A DNA stretch of 64,000 bases from IMG/VR virus record IMGVR_UViG_3300020162_001876, positions 1 to 64,000 of that record, one strand, 5' to 3'. The translations under genes and the position numbers were made by a program. The notes below the pieces were generated by a model. It saw only the letters and a program-made list of their open reading frames with translations. It searched no databases and was not told the origin of the DNA. Shown in pieces: positions 1 through 7,468 of this stretch (its first letter is position 1; every line of letters begins with the position of its first letter). This DNA comes from a virus.

Positions 1-69
1 TATAAATTAACTTCGTATATTAAGACATAATTAATAATAAAAAATAAGTTTAATTAAAATTTAAAGGTT

Positions 70-471
70 ATGAACAGAAATGAAATTATTGCAAAAGTAA
101 AAGAATTAGGTTTAACAACAGAAAAACCAGCACATCAATGTAAAACAGAGTATTTACAAGAATTACTCAACACACATCATTCAGTTAATATTGAGGTAAA
201 ACAAAAAGGTAGACCTGTGAATGAAAACAGTAACAGACAAAAACGAATTGCTGAATTAGAAGCAAAACGTGCAAACGGTGAATTACGTAAAGGTAGACCG
301 GTTGTTGAAGGGAGTAATCGTCAAATAAGATTATCATTGAAAGGTACTCTTAAATTAGGTAGAAAACCAAACCCAGAAAGTGTAGCTTACAAACGCCGAA
401 TGGAGTTAGAAGCAAAACGTGCAAACGGTGAACTAAAAAGAGGTAGACCAGCACAAGTAAAAGCAGAGTAA
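70..471 (+). CDS. Basic early protein with AT-hook-like GRP repeats
   Basis: KGRP, RKGRP, LGRKP and KRGRP motifs; duplicated ELEAKRANGEL. Confidence 0.75.
   Translation: MNRNEIIAKVKELGLTTEKPAHQCKTEYLQELLNTHHSVNIEVKQKGRPVNENSNRQKRIAELEAKRANGELRKGRPVVEGSNRQIRLSLKGTLKLGRKPNPESVAYKRRMELEAKRANGELKRGRPAQVKAE
256..432 (+). repeat. 27 bp intragenic direct repeat
   Basis: TTAGAAGCAAAACGTGCAAACGGTGAA at 256-282 and 406-432. Confidence 0.9.
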
Positions 472-482
472 TTAAATTAAAA

Positions 483-506
483 AGGGTATAATTTATATTA
501 TACCCT
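483..506 (+). terminator. Stem-loop, possible terminator
   Basis: AGGGTATAAT-TTAT-ATTATACCCT right after the stop at 471; weak U tract. Confidence 0.5.
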
Positions 507-532
507 ATTCTCAACTATTAATCAGTATATAT

Positions 533-772
533 TTGAAAACACCCACTGTAGTAAATAAGAAATACATTAAATCATATAAAAAATACCCCAAATTTGAACC
601 TAAATCAAACCTAATAGTAGGTTGTGTATATTATGGTAGAAACCGTTCAAATCACTTAAAATTAGGTGTATTAACATTATTAGGTGATAAAACATCTACT
701 CTTAAACTTAAAGATGGTAAATCTGTTAAAGTTAAAAATATGACATTAAAAAGTGCTCAATTAGGGTATTAA
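533..772 (+). CDS. Small basic hypothetical protein (TTG start)
   Basis: ORF track; fills the gap between repeats. Confidence 0.55.
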   Translation: MKTPTVVNKKYIKSYKKYPKFEPKSNLIVGCVYYGRNRSNHLKLGVLTLLGDKTSTLKLKDGKSVKVKNMTLKSAQLGY

Positions 773-824
773 AGAGTATAAATTTTCTTCGTATATTAAG
801 ACATAATTAAAAAATATAAACGTT

Positions 825-1046
825 ATGAAAGTAAAAGATTTAATTAAGTTTTTAAGTGAACAAGATCAAAATTTAGAAGTAGTTATTAAACATATTGATC
901 ACACAGATTGGAATTATGAATTACCTTTAAGAGCTCAAGATGTTTATGTGGATGAAGTATTTGAAGTGGATGAAGCTAATTTAGAAAAGGGTCAAGTAAT
1001 TGAAAGTGGGGATGAGTGTTTAGTAATAGAATTAAGCTTTGAATAA
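825..1046 (+). CDS. Hypothetical early protein, N-terminus similar to 6252-6491
   Basis: MKVKDLIKFLSEQDQNLEVV; follows a promoter repeat. Confidence 0.8.
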   Translation: MKVKDLIKFLSEQDQNLEVVIKHIDHTDWNYELPLRAQDVYVDEVFEVDEANLEKGQVIESGDECLVIELSFE

Positions 1047-1053
1047 TAATGTA

Positions 1054-1085
1054 TTTGGCGAGTATAAAATAACTTCGTATATTTA
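1054..1085 (+). promoter_or_regulatory. Bacteroidota-type host-sigma promoter (example copy of the early repeat)
   Basis: TTTG-N20-TATATTTA, close to the -33 TTTG / -7 TAnnTTTG consensus. Confidence 0.8.
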
Positions 1086-1114
1086 ATTATAATTAAAAAT
1101 AAAAATATAAAGTT

Positions 1115-1483
1115 ATGAAAGTATTTAGTAGTGACACAGATCTTTACAAATTTGAAAATTTTGGAAAATTAATTATCAATGAAAAAATTGATAGGAATGA
1201 TCTATGGGGTGAAGGGAGTAATTGGAAATTATTTTTAAAAGAAAATAAAGAATTAAAAAAGGCATTAAAAAAGATTGGAAAAGACTGCTTTGGAAAGGGG
1301 TATAGTATTAAAGAAGATATGTTCTGTTTAATACAATTAATTGATGAAGGAGAATATAACAAAATGTATGTTTCAATATCAGGAGATTCCTCACTTAATT
1401 TTTCAGAAAATTTAGAAGATAAATTTGTAGAAGATTATAATTCAGAAGAAAAATGGGGAGTAAAAAGATGGAAAGAATTATAA
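1115..1483 (+). CDS. Hypothetical early protein
   Basis: ORF follows a promoter repeat; AAAGTTATG start. Confidence 0.8.
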   Translation: MKVFSSDTDLYKFENFGKLIINEKIDRNDLWGEGSNWKLFLKENKELKKALKKIGKDCFGKGYSIKEDMFCLIQLIDEGEYNKMYVSISGDSSLNFSENLEDKFVEDYNSEEKWGVKRWKEL

Positions 1484-1553
1484 AAATAGTATTTGGCGAG
1501 TATAAATTGACTTCGTATATTAAGACATAATTAATAAATAAAAATATAAAGTT

Positions 1554-1826
1554 ATGACAGCAGAACAATTTTTAAACGGAACATCATTCACAGTAGGAGC
1601 ACCAATGTATAGAGGGGCAGAAACATTCAAGTACGATGGTAGTTGTATAATAAGAGAATCTAGATCATCAAAAGATCAAAAAGCATTATTCTTCAGCCAT
1701 GAATGTAATATAATTAAGATAGGTAAGGTAGGATTTACAGGTTTTACTTTTATAGTGAATAAAAGAGTAAACATCAAATACCGATTCGAAGACTTAGTTG
1801 TGTTTGAAGAACAAGAACAAGAATAA
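1554..1826 (+). CDS. Hypothetical early protein
   Basis: ORF follows a promoter repeat. Confidence 0.8.
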   Translation: MTAEQFLNGTSFTVGAPMYRGAETFKYDGSCIIRESRSSKDQKALFFSHECNIIKIGKVGFTGFTFIVNKRVNIKYRFEDLVVFEEQEQE

Positions 1827-1903
1827 TAATAAAGGGCCATGTATTTGGCCCTTATAATTTAACTTCGTATATTAAAATATAATAATTAAAAATATAAAGT
1901 ATT

Positions 1904-2017
1904 ATGAGAAAAGTAATTTTATTAGTAGTGGTGGTTGTTGGTTTATCTATGTTAACTAGTTCTTGTGGTTCATGTAAGGCACATAGTCGTAAGTGGGACA
2001 CTGTAAGAAGATATTAA
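1904..2017 (+). CDS. 37 aa predicted micro-lipoprotein (not in ORF track)
   Basis: MRKVILLVVVVVGLSMLTSSCGSCKAHSRKWDTVRRY: basic N-terminus, hydrophobic core, lipobox-like TSSC; has its own promoter repeat. Confidence 0.75.
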   Translation: MRKVILLVVVVVGLSMLTSSCGSCKAHSRKWDTVRRY

Positions 2018-2106
2018 TAATTGAATAATATAAACCCTCTTAAAATAATTAGGAGGGTATAAATTAACTTCGTATATTAAAATATAATAATTAAAAATAT
2101 AAAGTT

Positions 2107-2448
2107 ATGACAACAATTAAGATTACACACAAAACATTAATGGTGAATCTAGAGTTCCCAATTGAAGTAGGTCAAGTAAAATTGAATGCAGAATGTCAAT
2201 CGTTCATTAGTCAAAACAATGACACAGGTGAGTTAGAAGGTGATTTTGTATTTTTAGATTATGGGAAGGTAACCTACATGGGTATGCCGATTGATGGTTA
2301 TAATGGAATGAAAAAACTAAAAACATTTCATAAGGAGTTAGGTATTGATTTAGATGCTTTAATTGATAATGAATATAATAAGGTTATCACAAGTGATTTC
2401 CAAAAAATATTCATATCAACCTTTGATAAAGGGTTATTCAAAATATAA
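2107..2448 (+). CDS. Hypothetical early protein
   Basis: ORF follows a promoter repeat. Confidence 0.8.
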   Translation: MTTIKITHKTLMVNLEFPIEVGQVKLNAECQSFISQNNDTGELEGDFVFLDYGKVTYMGMPIDGYNGMKKLKTFHKELGIDLDALIDNEYNKVITSDFQKIFISTFDKGLFKI

Positions 2449-2522
2449 TTAATGGGGGCCGGGTATTAGGCCCCTTAATTTTTTCTTCGTATATTAAGAC
2501 ATAATTAAAAATATAAAATATT

Positions 2523-2813
2523 ATGAAAAATTATTTAGGTAGAGAAGTAATTAAAACCGTAAACATCAAAGTAGAAGGTACATTCAAATCCGTTTATGAA
2601 GCCGAAAAACAACTGAGAGAGATGGGGTATATAATAGGAAGTATGAGTGGAAGAGAACCAATTGGATTCGCGTGTGGGGAGAAATATGACTATATCTCGA
2701 AATGGTATAATATGAATTCAGACGAACATAATTTATTAGACGGGGTAATGATCAGTGATGACTGGAGAGAGGGTAGTGTAGATATTATATGGTTTAATGA
2801 ACCAAAACAGTAA
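2523..2813 (+). CDS. Hypothetical early protein
   Basis: ORF follows a promoter repeat. Confidence 0.8.
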   Translation: MKNYLGREVIKTVNIKVEGTFKSVYEAEKQLREMGYIIGSMSGREPIGFACGEKYDYISKWYNMNSDEHNLLDGVMISDDWREGSVDIIWFNEPKQ

Positions 2814-2870
2814 TTGGATAGTATAAAAAGACTTCGTATATTAAATTTATAATTAATAAATAATATAGTT

Positions 2871-3152
2871 ATGAGAAAAGGTACAGTTACAGGTGAATTA
2901 AAATCTATTTTTGAAGAATTAAATATAAAGTATACTGGATGTTACTCCGATACTTATAATTTAAAAAATGGGGAGGATGTTAATTTAAAAAGAGTAGGAG
3001 TAAAATTTATGGGTGTATACCCAACTCAAGAACAAATTAATATAATAAAAGATAAAATGAGTAAAAAAGGATTTACTTATGATTTTATTAAAGAAAATAG
3101 AAGTAAAAGTTTATATAATACTAATGGTACTAGATTCTGTTTCAAGTATTAA
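2871..3152 (+). CDS. Hypothetical early protein
   Basis: ORF follows a promoter repeat. Confidence 0.8.
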   Translation: MRKGTVTGELKSIFEELNIKYTGCYSDTYNLKNGEDVNLKRVGVKFMGVYPTQEQINIIKDKMSKKGFTYDFIKENRSKSLYNTNGTRFCFKY

Positions 3153-3230
3153 AATAATATTATAAGGGGTATTAGGAGAATTTAATATTTCTTCGTATAT
3201 TAAAATATAATAATTAAAAATAATATAGTT

Positions 3231-3440
3231 ATGAGCGAATTAAGATGGACAGACCAAGACATGATCAATTTTGCAGGACGATTCTCAGAATATGAAGTGT
3301 GTGAGGAACATTTAGATGATTATAGAGAGGATGTAACAATAGAAGCTCTTAAGAAAAGAATTGAGGAAATAGTTTTTAAGGTAAAAGATAATCCAGAGTT
3401 ATTATTACAAATAGAGAATATTATAAATTCTAAAAAATAA
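3231..3440 (+). CDS. Hypothetical early protein
   Basis: ORF follows a promoter repeat. Confidence 0.75.
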   Translation: MSELRWTDQDMINFAGRFSEYEVCEEHLDDYREDVTIEALKKRIEEIVFKVKDNPELLLQIENIINSKK

Positions 3441-3445
3441 AAGTT

Positions 3446-3688
3446 ATGTTAGTATTTAAAGAAAATGTTTACGGTTTTGTTTATGATTCACAGTATGGTA
3501 ATGTTACTCAAATTTTCAAAACACCATTAGATGAAGAAACAATTAATATAATTGAAGAATCAATTGATGAAGATTATGATATTTTATTTACAGACATTGA
3601 AGATGTAAAAGAAATGTTTGAGATAACATCTAAAGAAGATTTAGATGGTGATGAAGAAGGTTTTAATGAAGTACTTGATTTTATATAG
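3446..3688 (+). CDS. Very acidic small protein
   Basis: D/E-rich; AAAGTTATG start directly after the previous stop. Confidence 0.75.
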   Translation: MLVFKENVYGFVYDSQYGNVTQIFKTPLDEETINIIEESIDEDYDILFTDIEDVKEMFEITSKEDLDGDEEGFNEVLDFI

Positions 3689-3699
3689 TGTTATAATGT

Positions 3700-3875
3700 G
3701 GAAAACACCTTCTAGTGTATTGGTATAATAAATGAGTATTCATGTGTGGGTATAAAATAAATGTATCTTATATGGAAACTGGGAGGTGTTAGGGTGAATA
3801 TAATAGGCAAGGTTCCGCTCCCGCGTGTATGTCATGAATGAGTTTCCTACCCATTCACCTTGTATATACACTCTT
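3700..3875. ncRNA. Candidate structured non-coding element
   Basis: No credible ORF; several 5-7 bp complementary segment pairs (see findings). Confidence 0.35.
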
Positions 3876-3951
3876 AAAAACCCCATTTAAAAAATATAAG
3901 GGGTATAAAATAATTTCGTATATTATATTATAATTAATAAAATAATAAATT

Positions 3952-4113
3952 ATGAAAAAGTTAATATTAAATGTTAAGTATTTTGGTATCTGGGGTATAA
4001 ATAAAATATATTCTTTAAAAGATTTAAGATTAGATACACCCATACCATTACCCACAATGATAATAATTTTAGTTGCTTGGTGGATGTTATTAACTTATTT
4101 ATTAATTTTATAA
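3952..4113 (+). CDS. 53 aa membrane protein (not in ORF track)
   Basis: MKKLILNVKYFGIWGINKIYSLKDLRLDTPIPLPTMIIILVAWWMLLTYLLIL; follows a promoter repeat; C-terminal hydrophobic helix. Confidence 0.7.
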   Translation: MKKLILNVKYFGIWGINKIYSLKDLRLDTPIPLPTMIIILVAWWMLLTYLLIL

Positions 4114-4176
4114 TACCTGGTTTGGCAAGTATAAAATAACTTCGTATATTATATTATAATTAAAAATAAAAATATT

Positions 4177-4383
4177 ATGAAAAGTTTAGAAGATTACATT
4201 AATTCAAATTTTGAGGAGTTCAATAGTTTAGACAGCAATGAAGTGATCGAGTGCACCACCGATGAATTTAGTAACTCAGAAATTGAGTATTTAAAATTCA
4301 ACTACAGATTTGATTACAGAGGCATATGTGTGTATTATGTTTCAGATTCAGATGAAGTGTGGATTGAAAATATGAATATATAA
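4177..4383 (+). CDS. Acidic hypothetical early protein
   Basis: ORF follows a promoter repeat. Confidence 0.75.
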   Translation: MKSLEDYINSNFEEFNSLDSNEVIECTTDEFSNSEIEYLKFNYRFDYRGICVYYVSDSDEVWIENMNI

Positions 4384-4445
4384 CCCCGCTTGGAGTGTAT
4401 AAAATAACTTCGTATATTATATTATAATAATTAAAATTAAAGGTT

Positions 4446-4661
4446 ATGATAACAAAAAATAGTTGTATTCTATTTAATAGACATGAAATAAATTATCTTA
4501 CAGTTGAATTAGGGTCTGCTGAACATTCAGAAGCATATAATAAGGGGTATGAATATAGAGGACCAGCTTATGTTGCTAATACAATTGAAATTGAAGCAAT
4601 GGATGAAGCTAATAAAACATTTATTAAAAGTCTTAAAATGAATTTGGAGGTATTAAATTAA
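4446..4661 (+). CDS. Hypothetical early protein
   Basis: ORF follows a promoter repeat. Confidence 0.75.
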   Translation: MITKNSCILFNRHEINYLTVELGSAEHSEAYNKGYEYRGPAYVANTIEIEAMDEANKTFIKSLKMNLEVLN

Positions 4662-4703
4662 TTTCGTATATTATATTATAATTAAAAATTAAAATTAAAG
4701 GTT

Positions 4704-4940
4704 ATGAAAGCTAAAGTACAAATTAAATCAGTGTTCGAACAAATCGCTAGTAACGTGTTTACAATGAAAGACATTAACCAAGCTAAGGTATTCATCACTG
4801 AATTTATCACCAGTAAAGGTATAGACGGTGTAGATAAAAATACTATCGTGTATAACGTGAATAAATGTTCTAATATCAACCAATTACAACGTTACGTATG
4901 TAATTCGTTATTAATGTACGAAGGAATGGGAGTTAATTAA
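4704..4940 (+). CDS. Hypothetical early protein
   Basis: ORF follows a promoter repeat and precedes a terminator. Confidence 0.8.
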   Translation: MKAKVQIKSVFEQIASNVFTMKDINQAKVFITEFITSKGIDGVDKNTIVYNVNKCSNINQLQRYVCNSLLMYEGMGVN

Positions 4941-4965
4941 ACTCCCGTTTTTTTCTCTTTTTTTT
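4928..4965 (+). terminator. Intrinsic terminator closing the main early array
   Basis: GGGAGTT-AATTA-AACTCCC followed by a long T tract. Confidence 0.85.
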
Positions 4966-4979
4966 GAAATAAAGTTTGG

Positions 4980-5140
4980 AGGGACACCCTACCCGAACGC
5001 ACATGCACCACACACGAACGGGCACGGGTTGGCGCCGATCGCCCACGCGTCGTTGCTGTCCGTAACGGGAACGTGATCGAACAGTACACAAATTTCCCGC
5101 CCTTTCAGATCGAAAACGATCTTTCGCCCAGGCCCCTGTA
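4980..5140. other. GC-rich, CpG-rich non-coding island with multiple stems
   Basis: 95/160 G+C over 4981-5140 by hand count, in a very AT-rich window; several inverted repeats. Confidence 0.7.
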
Positions 5141-5214
5141 TATACTCATATATTAAAACAAATGCAGGTCTCCCCTTATCCCATATACTTATAGGAAATT
5201 AAATTTAAATCAAA

Positions 5215-5448
5215 ATGAAACAGATCAAAACCTTAACTTCAATGAGTGAAACGCTTGTTCTCCTATTGGAAGATCTAACCAACTTATTAAATGATATCGA
5301 TAATAGTGATTTAGTAAGGGAAATTGAGAATAACGTTGTTTCTCCCATGGAAGACGCGCAAGCACAATTAGATATTATTTTAGATGATATCGATGAGGGT
5401 ATTTATGATGAATACTCAGGAGAAGAGGATTTCGAAGAGTGGGAATAA
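5215..5448 (+). CDS. Acidic helical hypothetical protein
   Basis: ORF track; ATACTTAT upstream resembles the late motif. Confidence 0.7.
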   Translation: MKQIKTLTSMSETLVLLLEDLTNLLNDIDNSDLVREIENNVVSPMEDAQAQLDIILDDIDEGIYDEYSGEEDFEEWE

Positions 5449-5573
5449 CCATTTCGGGAAGTTTTCTTTGGGATGCAAAAATCTCTTTTTAAAAACTTTT
5501 TTGGGAAACCTTGTATATATACTTGGTTTCCTAATTTTTCCTTCGTATATTATATCATATTAATTTAAAATAT

Positions 5574-6239
5574 ATGTTTATGAAAAAGGTTTTATTGTTT
5601 TTAAGTTTAGTTTTTATTTTATTTTCATGTTCGGTTCCCGAAACATATGCTCCACCTTGTCTAGATGGTAGTTGTGATGCTGTTTTTAAGATTGATGAAC
5701 AAACTAACCCAGGCTCATATCAAGATGCTAATGGTGTATGGCATGTTAGATATACCGGGTTAAATTATTTTACTGTTATAGGAGATTTAGATCAATTAAA
5801 TCCAGAATATATTATTAATGGAACACCTTTAATTGAAACAGCATTTGATTCAAATTATTTTTATATAGCAAGGAATGTGTCATGGACTTACCCTATATAT
5901 TCATATTTGGGAATGTTTTCTAATGGTAATTTTTCTACCCCAATTCCTGTAGGTTATCAAACATATACTTTTTCTCAATTAAATTCTCAAACTAGTATAA
6001 TGAATTTAGCAGGATATACTATTCATAAGAATCCTCACCCCGATATTAATCATCCTGCTTATCCTACTTACTTTTCTTCTTATAGTAAGTATAATTATAA
6101 TCCGAAACAAAGTATGGTATTTTTCCCAGAAATGATAGGACAACAAGTTGAGGTTTATATTAGAGTTACTTTTAATAGTGATTTCTATGGTAGTAGGGAA
6201 GAAAAATTTTATACATTACGCATTATATTTGAAAATTAA
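5574..6239 (+). CDS. Predicted lipoprotein
   Basis: MKKVLLFLSLVFILFSC type II signal; behind the last early repeat. Confidence 0.8.
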   Translation: MFMKKVLLFLSLVFILFSCSVPETYAPPCLDGSCDAVFKIDEQTNPGSYQDANGVWHVRYTGLNYFTVIGDLDQLNPEYIINGTPLIETAFDSNYFYIARNVSWTYPIYSYLGMFSNGNFSTPIPVGYQTYTFSQLNSQTSIMNLAGYTIHKNPHPDINHPAYPTYFSSYSKYNYNPKQSMVFFPEMIGQQVEVYIRVTFNSDFYGSREEKFYTLRIIFEN

Positions 6240-6251
6240 AATAAGAAAAAT

Positions 6252-6491
6252 ATGACTATAGAAGAACTAATTAAAACTCTCTCTACCTTAGATCCTAACC
6301 TAAGAGTTGTAACTCGTGGTTATGAAGGAGGATATGATGATGTAGGATGGCCTATAGATAAGGATTCTCCTAACGTTATTGATCTAGCACTTAATGTTAA
6401 TCCAGAATGGTATTATGGTAACCATGAAATGGTAAGTGAAGATCATCAGTATAGCCCAGAAACTAAAATTGTAAAAGCTATTGTGTTATGA
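6252..6491 (+). CDS. Hypothetical protein, N-terminus similar to 825-1046
   Basis: MTIEELIKTLSTLDPNLRVV. Confidence 0.8.
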   Translation: MTIEELIKTLSTLDPNLRVVTRGYEGGYDDVGWPIDKDSPNVIDLALNVNPEWYYGNHEMVSEDHQYSPETKIVKAIVL

Positions 6492-6595
6492 AAGAGTGTA
6501 AACATGATTTTAGAGAATTTTGGAAAGTAGATTGGTTTGGAAGACTTAAACTTAAAGAGATTAAATGTATTTATTGTAATTTAAGAAAGAAATGA
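6488..6595 (+). CDS. 35 aa putative zinc-ribbon protein (not in ORF track)
   Basis: MKECKHDF...KCIYCNLRKK with CxH and CxxC; ATGA overlaps with both neighbours. Confidence 0.7.
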   Translation: MKECKHDFREFWKVDWFGRLKLKEIKCIYCNLRKK

Positions 6596-6798
6596 TAGTT
6601 TTATTGTATATATGGATTTTAGTTAAGGCGTATTTGAAATTAGGATTGTTTATGGCTTCCCTTGTTACTATAATAACCTTTATAAATAATACTATAGATA
6701 AGACATGGTTTAGAGATTTTATCTTTACTCTTTTTCTTTACCCTGTAGTAATTTATTATCTTATAAAAGAATTAGAAAATGGAGATGGACCTGAATAA
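6592..6798 (+). CDS. Small membrane protein
   Basis: Two hydrophobic segments. Confidence 0.7.
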   Translation: MIVLLYIWILVKAYLKLGLFMASLVTIITFINNTIDKTWFRDFIFTLFLYPVVIYYLIKELENGDGPE

Positions 6799-7069
6799 AC
6801 AGTTGGTTCCTTATATGGAACATATTATTAATCAAACCTTAGATATGGTTGAATCTTTATCTAAAGAAAAAGGCCTTGATGTTAAAGAGATAAGTAAGTT
6901 AATTTCTGAATTGGAAATTGAGTTTGGAGACTATACTACATTGTTATCCCCACAAATTCAAGGTAGAATAATGGAGATTAACCATTATATATTAAATAAT
7001 AATAAGATATATGAAGGGTCAAATACCTCACTTAATACCCAACCTTTTGATAATAATTCAAAGAAATAA
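6779..7069 (+). CDS. Hypothetical protein
   Basis: ORF track. Confidence 0.65.
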   Translation: MEMDLNKQLVPYMEHIINQTLDMVESLSKEKGLDVKEISKLISELEIEFGDYTTLLSPQIQGRIMEINHYILNNNKIYEGSNTSLNTQPFDNNSKK

Positions 7070-7165
7070 AAGACTTTTAAAAGCTTCTGCCAAAAGGCTT
7101 GGCTTGCAGAGAAATGTTTTGTATTTTTAGAGTACGGGAAAAGAAAATGAACAAAATAAGACGAT

Positions 7166-7468
7166 ATGAATGAGAAAGAAATAATAACGTTCACAATAAC
7201 AGGATGTAGATATTGTGAGGAATTAGAGAGAGGATTGGATAAGGAAGGGATAAAGTATAAGAATATGGATGTAAGTAGGAATAATGATATAGGAGATATA
7301 ATAGAGGGTACTTATAAATGTACTAAATATCCAATGGTAGTATTTCATAGTCCTAATCGATCATTAATTTGGTTACCTGAAACTAATTTATTACCTTCAC
7401 CTAATATTAGAATTTACGATAATATAAATCAAATAATAAAAGAAATAAAAAATGAACTTAACAGCTGA
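7166..7468 (+). CDS. Glutaredoxin-like protein
   Basis: CRYC active site; YP cis-proline motif. Confidence 0.85.
   Translation: MNEKEIITFTITGCRYCEELERGLDKEGIKYKNMDVSRNNDIGDIIEGTYKCTKYPMVVFHSPNRSLIWLPETNLLPSPNIRIYDNINQIIKEIKNELNS

Larger units (their letters stand above)
1..5573 (+). repeat. Dispersed ~60 bp promoter/leader repeat, 14 copies, each upstream of an early ORF
   Basis: Core (C/T)TTCGTATATT at about 11, 787, 1073, 1511, 1863, 2068, 2485, 2832, 3191, 3914, 4140, 4408, 4662 and 5541. Many copies are preceded by TTGG and GTATAAA; all are followed by an A-rich leader, usually ending in TTATG. Confidence 0.95.

Noticed and set aside
1-5573. Early repeats read as a CRISPR array or as integron attC sites
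   Set aside because: The intervals are whole ORFs of variable length. The repeats are degenerate, match promoter consensus and lack attC structure. No cas or integrase genes are present in the window.
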